Source: Myxococcota bacterium (GTDB lineage: Bacteria > Myxococcota > JACRCW01). From it: a stretch of 32,501 nt of DNA. Both the position numbers and the translations under genes were made by a program. The stretch lies in NCBI GenBank assembly GCA_040752415.1, contig JBFMGU010000120.1, forward strand, positions 1-32,501, read 5' to 3'. The notes below the pieces were generated by a model. The model had not been told where the DNA came from. It worked only from the letters and a program-made list of their open reading frames with translations, and ran no database searches. Below, in pieces: positions 9,058 to 18,535 of this stretch; position 1 is the first letter of the stretch; each line of letters opens with the position of its first letter.

Positions 9058-11025
9058 ATGCTGAAGGCCCGCCGAGGGACATGGATCGGGTTGCTGGTGG
9101 CGACGACGTGCGTCGGCGGCGTCGTCCTCCCCAGCGCGTGCTCCCGGCAATGCTCCAACGACTCCGAGTGCAGCGCCGGTGAGCTGTGCGGCCCGGGTGG
9201 GACGTGCTCCGCGCCATGCAACACGCACCTGGATTGCCCGCGCGACGAGCACTGCGCCGAGGGAATCTGCGTGGACGGCGCACCTGTGGACACGCCACTT
9301 CCCGACGCTGGAACCACCTCCGGGACCAGCAGCAGCGGGCAGTCGGGCTCCACCACGACGAGCAGCGCAACCACCTCATCCGGCGGCGCGTCGTCCACCG
9401 CGTCCGGCGGGAGCACCAGCGCGTCGACGGGCTCCGGTGGCAACGGCTCCCACAGCGCGTCGTCCTCGGGGGGGAGCTCCTCGGGGGGCATCGTCGCGTC
9501 GTCGTCCTCGTCGTCGTCGTTGTCCAGCAGCTCCGGCGGTGCGGTCTCCAGCGGCGGCGACGGTGGCGCCAACTGCACTCCCAATGACTGCGGCGCGTGC
9601 GGTCCCCTGCCACCGGGTTACGGCGAGCCGTGCTCCAATTCCTGCTGCGAGGGGACGCTGGGCTGCGAGGGGGAGTGCAACGCGCCGCCCCCGCCGGAGG
9701 GCTACGACGAGCCCTGCAGTACCGCGTGCGGAACGGGGCGCATCCTGTGCGACGGAACCTGCAGCGCCCCCGTTGAGCCGGAGGACCTTGGCGGGGATTG
9801 CAGCACCGGGTGCGGCGAGGGAACGGTGACCTGCAGCGGCGGCTGCCTGGTGGCCGGCCTCGACGCTGGCACCTGCTCCAATGCGTGCTTCAGCGGTCCA
9901 CGTGATTGCACCGGCGCCTGCCTCGCCACGCCGCCACCAGGCACGTATGGTGATGACTGCTCCAACGCGTGCGGTCCTGGCATCATCGACTGCGACGGGG
10001 ATTGCTCCGCGCCTTCGGTGCCGGCCAACTACAACCAGCCTTGCGGATGCTTGAACCAGGGACGCATCCAGTGCACCGGGCAGTGCAACGTCGGAGCAGG
10101 CCCGGACAACGCCGGCGACTCGTGCGGGAATGCGTGCTTCAGCGGCACGGTGGACTGCACCGGAAACTGCACCGCCCCGGCCGCGCCCGCCAACCTGGGG
10201 CAGCCGTGTGGAAACTGCGGCGGCACCATCCAGTGCGACGGCAGCTGCAGCATCCCCAACCCCGCGAACTACGGACAGGCATGCGGCAGCTGCGGTGGCA
10301 CCATCCAGTGCAACGGGCAGTGCTCCGTCGCCACGCCGCAGAACTTCGGTGCCAGCTGTGGGAGCTGCGGTGGCACCATCCAGTGCGACGGGCAGTGCTC
10401 CGTGTCGACGCCCGCGAACCTCGGCGCCAGCTGCGGCAGCTGCGGTGGAACCATCCAATGCAGCGGGCAATGTTCCGTGTCCACGCCGCAGAACCACGGA
10501 CAGAGCTGCGGCAGTTGTGGTGGCACGATCCAGTGCAACGGCCAGTGCTCGGTGTCGACGCCTGGCAACTACGGACAGACCTGCAATCCCTGTGGTGGCA
10601 CCATCCAGTGCAATGGCTCCTGCAGCCCTGAGGAGCCCGACACCTACGGTCAGTCCTGCAACAGCTGCGGCGGCACCATCCAGTGCAACGGCTCTTGCAG
10701 CCCCGGTCAGCCGGCCAACTACGGCGCGGACTGCTCCAACCAGTGCAACAGCGGCAGCATCCAGTGCGACGGTTCGTGCAGCGCCGCGCCCGCGCCCGGC
10801 AACCTGGGAGCGAGCTGCTCCAACCAGTGCAACAGCGGAACCATCCAATGCGACGGCTCGTGCAGCGCCGCGCCTCAGCCAACCAACCTCGGCGACTACT
10901 GTGAAGCGCCCAACTACTGCGCGTGCGGTGAACGGCGCTGGGGTTCCATCGGCTGCAGCGGCTCGTGCGTGTACGAGGTGAGTTGCGTTGAGCTCTGCCA
11001 GGGTTGCGATCCCGTCTGCCCCTGA
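9058..11025 (+). CDS. Secreted/lipoprotein with Ser/Gly/Thr linker and ~17 four-cysteine tandem repeats
   Basis: Signal ending LPSAC, two C-x2-[DH]-x-[ED]-C modules, a Ser-rich linker, then repeats such as NYGQACGSCGGTIQCNGQCSVATPQ. Confidence 0.8.
   Translation: MLKARRGTWIGLLVATTCVGGVVLPSACSRQCSNDSECSAGELCGPGGTCSAPCNTHLDCPRDEHCAEGICVDGAPVDTPLPDAGTTSGTSSSGQSGSTTTSSATTSSGGASSTASGGSTSASTGSGGNGSHSASSSGGSSSGGIVASSSSSSSLSSSSGGAVSSGGDGGANCTPNDCGACGPLPPGYGEPCSNSCCEGTLGCEGECNAPPPPEGYDEPCSTACGTGRILCDGTCSAPVEPEDLGGDCSTGCGEGTVTCSGGCLVAGLDAGTCSNACFSGPRDCTGACLATPPPGTYGDDCSNACGPGIIDCDGDCSAPSVPANYNQPCGCLNQGRIQCTGQCNVGAGPDNAGDSCGNACFSGTVDCTGNCTAPAAPANLGQPCGNCGGTIQCDGSCSIPNPANYGQACGSCGGTIQCNGQCSVATPQNFGASCGSCGGTIQCDGQCSVSTPANLGASCGSCGGTIQCSGQCSVSTPQNHGQSCGSCGGTIQCNGQCSVSTPGNYGQTCNPCGGTIQCNGSCSPEEPDTYGQSCNSCGGTIQCNGSCSPGQPANYGADCSNQCNSGSIQCDGSCSAAPAPGNLGASCSNQCNSGTIQCDGSCSAAPQPTNLGDYCEAPNYCACGERRWGSIGCSGSCVYEVSCVELCQGCDPVCP
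10192..10716 (+). repeat. Coding tandem repeat, 7 x 75 bp (25 aa)
   Basis: Units start every 75 nt from 10192 (e.g. 10267; the next, longer unit starts at 10717). Each encodes G-x-x-C-x-x-CGGTIQC-x-G-x-CS. Confidence 0.9.
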
Positions 11026-11071
11026 ACCGCCTTTCGCACCCGCGTAACAATTCTCCGGTGGCCCCCCGCGA

Positions 11072-11127
11072 TTGACCCCCGTACGTCCTGGTGGCAGCAT
11101 TCATCGCCCCATCGCGATAGAACGATG
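11072..11127 (+). promoter_or_regulatory. Candidate sigma70 promoter plus overlapping palindromic operators of the sahR-like/metH operon
   Basis: TTGACC (11072-11077), 17 nt, TG-n-CAGCAT (11095-11100). CATCG-N8-CGATA (11102-11119) overlaps CATCG-N8-CGATG (11110-11127) just before ATG 11130. Confidence 0.55.
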
Positions 11128-11129
11128 CC

Positions 11130-12068
11130 ATGCCCAACCTCGAGTCCGCCGTCGGCCTGCTGCACCTGTTGGGGGACCCCACCCGGGTCCGGCTCATGGC
11201 GCTGCTCGTCCGTCGTGAGCTGAGCGTGGCGGACCTGACCTCCATCACGGGCATGCCGCAGTCCAGCGTGTCCACGCACCTGGGGAAGCTGCGGGAGGCG
11301 GGGCTCCTGAAGGACCGCAAGGCGGGCACCTCCACGCTCTACGCCTTCAGCGAGGGCACCGCGCCGGAACACGCGCGCAAGGTCTGGTCCCTGCTGCAGG
11401 CCGAGGTGCAGGACGCCGTCCTGGAAGCCGACCGCGAACGCTGCGAGGCGCTTCTCAAGGCGCGGGAGCGAGCCTCCTGGCCGGAGAAGGTGGCCGGGCA
11501 GATGGAGCGGCACTACTCGCCGGGGCGCACGTGGGAGGCCACCGCGCGCGCCTTCTCCGGCCTGCTCCGCCTGGGTGACGTGCTGGACGTGGGCAGTGGC
11601 GACGGAACCATTGCGCAGCTCATCGGTCCGCGGGCGCGCTCGTTCACGTTGCTGGACCAGTCCCGACGGATGATCAGCGCGGCGCGGGAGCGGCTGGCCT
11701 CGTTGCCGCGGGTGCGCGTGGTGGTGGCGGACATGCATGAGATGCCACTTCCCGACGCTGCGTACGACCAGGTGCTCCTGTTCAACGTCCTCACGCACGC
11801 GCGTCGACCGCTCGACGTGTTGCGCGAGACGGAGCGTGTGCTCAGGCCGGGCGGGAGCGTTGCGCTGGTCACGTTGCACGCGCATGAGCACATGGACGTC
11901 ACCGGCGCCTACCACGAGCTGAACGCCGGCTTCACCGTGCCCGCGCTGAAGAAGCTGTTGACGCGCGCGGGTCTCGTCGTGGAGAGCTGTGAGGTCAGCA
12001 CGCGTGAGCGTCGGCCGCCGTATTTTGAAGTCATCAACGCATTCGCCCACAAGGATGGAAGCCCATGA
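11130..12068 (+). CDS. ArsR-family HTH fused to class I SAM-methyltransferase-like domain (SahR/SamR-like methionine regulator)
   Basis: [13 protein letters not shown]...ELSVADL...[17 protein letters not shown] (ArsR wHTH) and [12 protein letters not shown] motif I. Directly upstream of metH with ATGA overlap. Confidence 0.88.
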   Translation: MPNLESAVGLLHLLGDPTRVRLMALLVRRELSVADLTSITGMPQSSVSTHLGKLREAGLLKDRKAGTSTLYAFSEGTAPEHARKVWSLLQAEVQDAVLEADRERCEALLKARERASWPEKVAGQMERHYSPGRTWEATARAFSGLLRLGDVLDVGSGDGTIAQLIGPRARSFTLLDQSRRMISAARERLASLPRVRVVVADMHEMPLPDAAYDQVLLFNVLTHARRPLDVLRETERVLRPGGSVALVTLHAHEHMDVTGAYHELNAGFTVPALKKLLTRAGLVVESCEVSTRERRPPYFEVINAFAHKDGSP

Positions 12069-15000
12069 GCACTCCGCAATCTCCGACGCACAAGCTGCTG
12101 AACGAGCTGGTGAGCCAACGCATCCTCATCCTCGACGGCGCCATGGGCACCATGATCCAGCGCCACAAGCTGGGTGAGGCGGACTACCGCGGCACGCGTT
12201 TCAAGGACCATCCCAAGGACCTCAAGGGCAACAGCGACCTGCTCGTCCTCACCCGCCCCGACGTCATTTCCTCCATCCACGACGAGTACCTCGCCGCAGG
12301 GGCGGACATCATCGAGACCAACACGTTCACCGCCACCACCATTGCGCAGGCCGACTACGAGCTGCAGCACGTGGTGACCGATCTCAACGTGCGCGCCGCG
12401 GAGCTGGCCAAGGAGCGCGCGGAGGCGTGGACCAGGAAGACGCCGGACCGACCGCGCTTCGTCGCCGGTTCCATTGGGCCGCTCAACCGCACGCTCTCCC
12501 TCTCCCCCGACGTCAACGACCCCGGTTTCCGCGCCGTCACGTTCGACCAGGTGCGGGAGGCGTATGCGCAGCAGATTCGCGGGCTGATGGACGGCGGCGT
12601 GGACATCCTCCTGCCGGAGACGGTGTTTGACACGCTGAACCTCAAGGCCTGTCTCGTCGCCATTGAGGAGGTGTTCGCGGAGAAGCAGCGGCGCCTGCCG
12701 GTGATGATCAGCGTGACCATCACGGACCGCAGCGGACGCACCCTGAGCGGTCAGACCGTCGACGCTTTCTGGACGTCCATTGCGCACGCGCACCCGTTCA
12801 GCGTGGGCATCAACTGCGCCCTGGGCGCGCGTGAGATGCGCCCCCATCTCTCCGACCTCGCCGAGATCGCCAGCAGCCACATCAGCGCGTATCCCAACGC
12901 CGGCCTGCCCAACGCGTTCGGCGGCTACGACGAGGATCCAGCCACCACGGGCTCATTGTTGCGTGAGTTCGCGGAGGCGGGGCTGGTCAACATCCTGGGC
13001 GGCTGCTGCGGCACCACGCCGGATCACATTCGCGCCGTCGACGCGGCGGTGAGGAGCGTGAAGCCGCGGCCCCGCAAGGCCAAGGAGGACGGATTCACGC
13101 GCTACTCGGGCCTGGAGACGCTCACCATCCGTCCCGAGTCCAACTTCATCATGATCGGTGAGCGCACCAACGTCACCGGCTCCTCGAAGTTCGCGGACCT
13201 CATCAAGAAGGGTGACTACTCCGCGGGACTCTCCGTGGCGCTGGACCAGGTGCGCGGCGGAGCCAACATCCTCGACGTCAACATGGATGAAGGCATGTTG
13301 GACGGCGTGGCGGCCATGACGCGGTTCCTCCAGCTGGTGGCGGCGGAGCCGGAGATTGCCAAGCTGCCGATCATGGTGGACAGCTCCAAGTGGTCCGTCC
13401 TGGAAGCGGGCCTCAAGTGCCTGCAGGGCAAGCCGGTGGTGAACTCCATCAGCCTCAAGGAGGGCGAGGAGGACTTCATCCACAAGGCGCAAACGGTCCG
13501 ACGCTACGGCGCAGGCGTGGTGGTCATGGCCTTTGACGAGGTGGGCCAGGCCGACACCGTCCAGCGCAAGGTGGAGATCTGTCAGCGCGCGTACAGGATC
13601 CTCGTCGACAAGGTGGGGTTTGACCCGCACGACATCATCTTCGATCCCAACATCCTGGCCATTGCCACCGGCATGGAGGAGCACAACCCCTACGCGGTCA
13701 ACTTCATCGAGGCCACGCGCATCATCAAGGAGACGTGTCCCGGCGTGAAGGTCAGCGGCGGCGTCAGCAACCTCTCCTTCAGCTTCCGCGGCAACAACGT
13801 GGTGCGCGAGGCCATGAACAGTGTGTTCCTCTACCACGCCATCAAGGCGGGCATGGACATGGGCATCGTGAATGCCGGTCAGCTCGTCGTGTACGAGGAC
13901 ATTGACCCGGAGCTGCGCACGCGCGTGGAGGACGTCATCCTCAACCGCCGCCCCGACGCCACCGAGCGGCTCGTCGAGCTGGCCGAGAAGGTGAAGGGCA
14001 AGGGCAAGAAGCGCGACGAGGACCTGTCCTGGCGCAACGTGCCCGTCGAGCAGCGGCTGAGCCACGCGTTGGTGCACGGTATTGACCAGTTCGTCGAGCA
14101 GGACGTGGAGGAGGCGCGACAGAAGCTGGGGCGGCCGCTGCTGGTCATTGAAGGTCCGCTCATGGACGGCATGAAGGTGGTGGGGGACCTCTTCGGCGCC
14201 GGCAAGATGTTCCTCCCCCAGGTGGTGAAGAGCGCGCGCGTCATGAAGCGCGCCGTGGCGTATCTCACGCCGTTCATGGAGGCGGAGAAGGCGCAGGGCG
14301 GGGGGCGCTCCAGCGCGGGGAAGGTCCTGCTCGCCACCGTCAAGGGCGACGTGCATGACATCGGGAAGAACATCGTTTCCGTCGTGCTGGGCTGCAACAG
14401 CTACGAGGTCATGGACCTGGGCGTCATGGTCCCGTGCGAGAAGATCCTGCAGACCGCGCGCGAACAGAACGTGGACATGATCGGTCTCTCTGGGCTCATC
14501 ACGCCCTCGCTCGACGAGATGGTGCACGTGGCCAGCGAGATGGAGCGCCAGGGCCTCAAGCTCCCGCTGCTCATTGGCGGCGCCACCACCAGCCGACAGC
14601 ACACCGCCGTGAAGGTTGCGCCGGAGTACAGCCAGCCCACCGTGCACGTCCTCGACGCCAGCCGCGCCGTGGGCGTGGTCTCCGCGTTGCTGGATGTCAA
14701 ACAGAAGGAGTCGTTCGACCGGCAGAACCGCGAGGAACAGGCGGCGCTGCGCGAGCTGCACGCGAGCAAGTCCCGCAAGCCCATGTTGCCCCTGGCCACG
14801 GCGAGAGCGAACGGGCCGCGCCTGCAGTGGCGTCGGGAGGACGTTGCCACGCCGTCATTCACGGGTCGTCATGTGCTGCTGGAGGAGTCGCTGGCGGAGA
14901 TTGGCCGGTACATCGACTGGACGTTCTTCTTCACCGCGTGGGAGCTGCGCGGGAAGTTCCCGCAGATCCTGGAGCACCCGGAGCACGGCGCCGCGGCCCG

Positions 15001-15763
15001 CGAGCTCTATCAGAACGCTACGCGCATGCTGGGTCACATCACGGACCGCCACGAGCTCACCGCCAGTGGCGTGTACGGGTTCTGGCCGGCCAACAGCGAG
15101 GGTGAGGACATCATCCTCTACACGGACGAAACGCGGACGAAGGAATTGCTGCGCTTCAACATGCTGCGCCAGCAGCAGGTGAAGACGGATGACAAGCCGT
15201 ATCTCTCGCTCGCCGACTACGTGGCGCCGGCGCACACCGGGCTCAAGGACCACGTCGGGGCGTTTGCCGTGACGGCGGGGTTGGGGGCGGAAGAATTGGC
15301 CCGCGCGTACGAGAAGAAGCTGGATGACTACAACGCGATCCTCGTGAAGGCGCTGGCCGACCGTCTGGCCGAGGCTTTCGCCGAGATGTTGCACGAGCGT
15401 GCACGTCGGGATTGGGGCTACGGGAAGATGGAGAACCTCAGCCAGGATGACCTGCGTGAGGAGAAATATCGCGGCATTCGTCCGGCCTTCGGGTACCCCG
15501 CGTGTCCGGACCACACCGAGAAGCGCAAGCTGTTCAAGCTGCTGGGCGCCCACGACGTGGGAATGGCCTTGACGGAGTCGTGCGCCATGACGCCGCCCGC
15601 GTCGGTGAGCGGCATCTACCTGGCCCATCCCGAGGCGCGTTACTTCAACCTGGGCAAGGTGGACCGCGACCAGGTGGAGGACTACGCGGCGCGAAAGGGC
15701 ATGCCCAAGGCCCAGGTGGAGAAGTGGCTGGGACCCAACCTGGGGTACGACCCCAAGGCGTGA
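12065..15763 (+). CDS. metH: Cobalamin-dependent methionine synthase
   Basis: [17 protein letters not shown] and GGCCGTT Zn-binding motifs, [10 protein letters not shown] pterin domain, [14 protein letters not shown] cap, [11 protein letters not shown] cobalamin motif, and [12 protein letters not shown] reactivation domain. Confidence 0.98.
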   Translation: MSTPQSPTHKLLNELVSQRILILDGAMGTMIQRHKLGEADYRGTRFKDHPKDLKGNSDLLVLTRPDVISSIHDEYLAAGADIIETNTFTATTIAQADYELQHVVTDLNVRAAELAKERAEAWTRKTPDRPRFVAGSIGPLNRTLSLSPDVNDPGFRAVTFDQVREAYAQQIRGLMDGGVDILLPETVFDTLNLKACLVAIEEVFAEKQRRLPVMISVTITDRSGRTLSGQTVDAFWTSIAHAHPFSVGINCALGAREMRPHLSDLAEIASSHISAYPNAGLPNAFGGYDEDPATTGSLLREFAEAGLVNILGGCCGTTPDHIRAVDAAVRSVKPRPRKAKEDGFTRYSGLETLTIRPESNFIMIGERTNVTGSSKFADLIKKGDYSAGLSVALDQVRGGANILDVNMDEGMLDGVAAMTRFLQLVAAEPEIAKLPIMVDSSKWSVLEAGLKCLQGKPVVNSISLKEGEEDFIHKAQTVRRYGAGVVVMAFDEVGQADTVQRKVEICQRAYRILVDKVGFDPHDIIFDPNILAIATGMEEHNPYAVNFIEATRIIKETCPGVKVSGGVSNLSFSFRGNNVVREAMNSVFLYHAIKAGMDMGIVNAGQLVVYEDIDPELRTRVEDVILNRRPDATERLVELAEKVKGKGKKRDEDLSWRNVPVEQRLSHALVHGIDQFVEQDVEEARQKLGRPLLVIEGPLMDGMKVVGDLFGAGKMFLPQVVKSARVMKRAVAYLTPFMEAEKAQGGGRSSAGKVLLATVKGDVHDIGKNIVSVVLGCNSYEVMDLGVMVPCEKILQTAREQNVDMIGLSGLITPSLDEMVHVASEMERQGLKLPLLIGGATTSRQHTAVKVAPEYSQPTVHVLDASRAVGVVSALLDVKQKESFDRQNREEQAALRELHASKSRKPMLPLATARANGPRLQWRREDVATPSFTGRHVLLEESLAEIGRYIDWTFFFTAWELRGKFPQILEHPEHGAAARELYQNATRMLGHITDRHELTASGVYGFWPANSEGEDIILYTDETRTKELLRFNMLRQQQVKTDDKPYLSLADYVAPAHTGLKDHVGAFAVTAGLGAEELARAYEKKLDDYNAILVKALADRLAEAFAEMLHERARRDWGYGKMENLSQDDLREEKYRGIRPAFGYPACPDHTEKRKLFKLLGAHDVGMALTESCAMTPPASVSGIYLAHPEARYFNLGKVDRDQVEDYAARKGMPKAQVEKWLGPNLGYDPKA

Positions 15764-15831
15764 GTGGCGTCGAGGACGTGGCTTCCCGGACGCGCCATGG
15801 TTAGGTTGCGCTCACGCCAAGGAGGTCCAGC

Positions 15832-16080
15832 ATGCACATCCAGATCCTGTACTGCGGTGCTTGAGGGTACAAACCACGGGCGGCGAGTCTCGCTGCCAAG
15901 ATCGAGAAGGAATTCAACGTCAAGCCGGAATTGAAGCTCGGCACCGGGGGCCAGTTCGACGTCGTGGTGGACAACGAGGTGGTGGCGTCCAAGTACCAGG
16001 GCCTGCGGTCCAATCCCGCGGACCGGGGTTTCCCCGACGAGAAGGCAACGCTGGAAGCCATTCGCGCCCGCATGGGTTGA
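15832..16080 (+). CDS. SelW/Rdx-family selenoprotein (CxxU), 82 aa, Sec encoded by TGA at 15862-15864
   Basis: RBS AAGGAGG at 15819-15825. Readthrough gives MHIQILYCGA-U-GYKPRAASLAAKIEKEFNVKPELKLGTGGQFDVVVDNEVVASKYQGLRSNPADRGFPDEKATLEAIRARMG, matching the Rdx pattern YCxxC/U-GY-x-PRA...GG-x-F-[DE]-V...SK...FP. Confidence 0.92.
15879..15897 (+). promoter_or_regulatory. Bacterial SECIS-like hairpin
   Basis: GGCGGCGA-GTC-TCGCTGCC: 8-bp stem with one G-U pair and a G-starting apical loop, beginning 14 nt after the in-frame TGA. Confidence 0.75.
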
Positions 16081-16191
16081 GCGACAAGGCCTAGCTGCGC
16101 GTTGACACGCGGGCGGCACCACGGGAACCTGCGCGAGCTTCCCTGCTTGCCTTGAAGGCGGGCTCGTAGCGACGCGATTCTCGTTGGGACG

Positions 16192-17337
16192 GTGATGACC
16201 TCCTCGCGCGTGTTCCTGGCTCCAGCGCTGGTGTTGACCTTGGTGACGGGTGTGGTCCGCCCCGCCCACGCCGAGCCCCCCCGCGAGTTCCATGTCCAGC
16301 GCCGGGCCATGGACGTCTCCTCCGTCTTGAAGGGACTCCCTGACCGGGGCCAGCACGTGGTGGCGGTGGTGGTGGTTCCTCCGGAGGTGGTGGAGTGGCA
16401 GGGCGTGGCGGAGGAACTGCAGGAGCGCCTGCGTCACGCCGTCCGCAAGCATTACCGGGTCCTGGCCACCAAGGGCTTCAAGGACGGGGCCTACCCGCGC
16501 GGCAAGTCCGACAACGAGCTCGTGCGCACCTCCATCAACAGGGGCTCCGACTATGTGCTCACCGCACGGCTGGCCCCCGCTCCCCGCGCTGGCGCGGCGC
16601 CGCAGGTCGTCGTCAAGCTGATGGACAAGGACGCCAGGGTGCTGGCGTCCATGACGAATGCGTCGTGGGTGGTCCCGGGGGCGCGGCGCGTGGTCCAGCA
16701 GGCGGCTTCGTCCCCGGATGTCGCGGGACGGACCCTGGAAGAGCGCCTCCAGGAGTTTCGCAAGCGCGCGTTGCGCGTCCGCAAGACCGTCTACAAGTGG
16801 AGCAGTGGACGCGTTGGCACGGATGTCGACGTCGTGGACGTCAAGGGCAAGGCCCTGGACTCCGCGACGCTGGTCGAGATGGCTCCCACGCCGGAGCTTC
16901 GCGAGAGCTTCGCCCGTGTTCGTCGGGATGAGTTGATGCGTTGGCCGGTGCTGCTCGTCCCGCTGGGCTTTGCGGTGGCGGCACCGGTCGCGTTTCCCGT
17001 CGTTGTCACGCCGCTGGTGTTCATCCCGGTCTTCCTGGTCACCACCGCGTTGGGAATCTCCACGTACGGCCTCGCGGCGCCGTTCCTGGGCATCTATTTC
17101 GCCGCGTACCTTGCCAGCGGTGCCGCGGTGGTGGCGTTTTTCGTGGGCATTGCGGCGGGACTCCTCACCGCTGTGGCGGGCGTGGCGGGGCGGTGGGTCT
17201 TTGAGATGTTCATTGCCGCGCGCGCGGAAGATCGCGAGTACGCGGCGCTGGTCACGGAGCACAACCTGGGCGTCGCCAATGAGCTGGAGCTCAACCCCGA
17301 CGATCTTGACTGGGAGTACTTCCCGGCCGAACCGTGA
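16192..17337 (+). CDS. Hypothetical membrane protein (signal peptide, soluble domain, multi-helix hydrophobic C-terminal region)
   Basis: Signal ending PAHA|EPP and a long hydrophobic stretch WPVLLVP...GRWVF. GC-typical codon usage. Confidence 0.65.
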   Translation: MMTSSRVFLAPALVLTLVTGVVRPAHAEPPREFHVQRRAMDVSSVLKGLPDRGQHVVAVVVVPPEVVEWQGVAEELQERLRHAVRKHYRVLATKGFKDGAYPRGKSDNELVRTSINRGSDYVLTARLAPAPRAGAAPQVVVKLMDKDARVLASMTNASWVVPGARRVVQQAASSPDVAGRTLEERLQEFRKRALRVRKTVYKWSSGRVGTDVDVVDVKGKALDSATLVEMAPTPELRESFARVRRDELMRWPVLLVPLGFAVAAPVAFPVVVTPLVFIPVFLVTTALGISTYGLAAPFLGIYFAAYLASGAAVVAFFVGIAAGLLTAVAGVAGRWVFEMFIAARAEDREYAALVTEHNLGVANELELNPDDLDWEYFPAEP

Positions 17338-17345
17338 GCCGCCGG

Positions 17346-18524
17346 CTACAACTCCTCTTCCTCCTCCAACTCGTCCTCACCAGCTTCTTCCCCCTCGTCG
17401 TCGCGCGGTTGCGGCTCCGGCGTTGGAGGCGGGGCGGCCGTGCGGGGCTCGGGAGCACGTGGCGACGTGGCGGGTGGCGCCTCGGAAGCCGGGACGCTCC
17501 AGAAGTCGATGTTGGAGAAACCCTCACTGGAATCATGAGGCCTCCCCAACCGGGCCGCCACCACCGCGGCCAGAACCGCGCCAACGGTCTGACCGACCAG
17601 CATGGGCACCACGCCGGTGAGGAACGCGGTTCCCAACGTCGCCAGTGATGCGAAGGTAAACATCCACATGCGCTGGTTGGCCACCTGGTAGCGTCGTGAG
17701 CTGTAGGGGGTGCGGTTGGTTTCCTCCGCCGCCGCGGACCAGTAGTAGCCGCCACAGAAGGCCAGGCAGCTACCACACGTTGTGCCAAACACGTTGAGCA
17801 CCGCGCCCACGGTGAGACCGGCCAACGTCGCCGCCATGGCCACCAGGATGGGCGGAAGGATGGGCGCTCGACGGTGCGAGATGTGCCGTGCCGAAAGCCA
17901 CGCAGCAACGCCGCTCCCCGCCGCCAGCACCAGCGACGCCAGCCCATGCACCGCAATCCCCACGGTGTTGAGCGCCTGTCCCGCCAGCATTCCCACCATG
18001 GGCGGGCCGCACCACAAGAGGCAGTAGATGCCCGGGCAGGCGGCTGGAACGGTGAGCGCGGCAAGCGCAACCAGGTTGATGGCCGCCGCCATGACGTGGG
18101 ACGCCGCAACGCCGGGCAATGCCAGCGCGCTGCCCCACGTGATCGCGGTGTTCTGGAGCTCCTCGGTGTCCGGCACCGACGTCACTGCCGGCGCCGCCTG
18201 GTCCGGTTTCACCTTGGGCGCGGGCTTCTCGTTCTCAGCGCGTGCTGGCTTCTCGACGGGTGGCGTCGGTGGCGGCGGGGCGGGCTCGGTCACCTCGGAC
18301 GGGGGAGGTGGCGCGCTCGGCTCCACGGGCGGTGGGCGCGGCGTGGGGGCAGCACGACGGAGCGAGTCCGGATCGCGGTCGTCGTCCATGTCGTCGCTGG
18401 GTGGGTCTGAGGGTGGCCGGTTGTCTTCCCCGTGCGCGGGAGCGGGTGCCTGCGTGAGCGCGCGGACCGAGGGCGCGGTCACCGCGGAGGACAGCAGGAC
18501 GAAGAGGAGCAAGAGGAAACGCAC
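17346..18524 (-). CDS. Hypothetical membrane protein with Pro-rich linker and acidic tail
   Basis: Start reassigned to GTG 18524 (VRFLLLLFVLL signal), 11 nt after the upstream gene. Pro-rich region, several hydrophobic helices, C-terminal DDEGEEAGEDELEEEEEL. Confidence 0.65.
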   Translation of the reverse strand: MRFLLLLFVLLSSAVTAPSVRALTQAPAPAHGEDNRPPSDPPSDDMDDDRDPDSLRRAAPTPRPPPVEPSAPPPPSEVTEPAPPPPTPPVEKPARAENEKPAPKVKPDQAAPAVTSVPDTEELQNTAITWGSALALPGVAASHVMAAAINLVALAALTVPAACPGIYCLLWCGPPMVGMLAGQALNTVGIAVHGLASLVLAAGSGVAAWLSARHISHRRAPILPPILVAMAATLAGLTVGAVLNVFGTTCGSCLAFCGGYYWSAAAEETNRTPYSSRRYQVANQRMWMFTFASLATLGTAFLTGVVPMLVGQTVGAVLAAVVAARLGRPHDSSEGFSNIDFWSVPASEAPPATSPRAPEPRTAAPPPTPEPQPRDDEGEEAGEDELEEEEEL

Positions 18525-18535
18525 AGGATGTTCCG

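Noticed and set aside
10192..10716. Regular 75-bp repeats resembling a CRISPR array
   Set aside because: In-frame coding repeats with synonymous variation, no unique spacers and no cas genes.
11026..11129. SAM, SAH or cobalamin riboswitch upstream of the metH operon
   Set aside because: The leader is too short and lacks recognisable cores; a protein operator fits better.
15801..16310. Track ORFs 15801-16310(-), 15861-16094(+) and 15682-17262(-)
   Set aside because: They are shadows of the selenoprotein gene and its neighbours, with no RBS or motif support.
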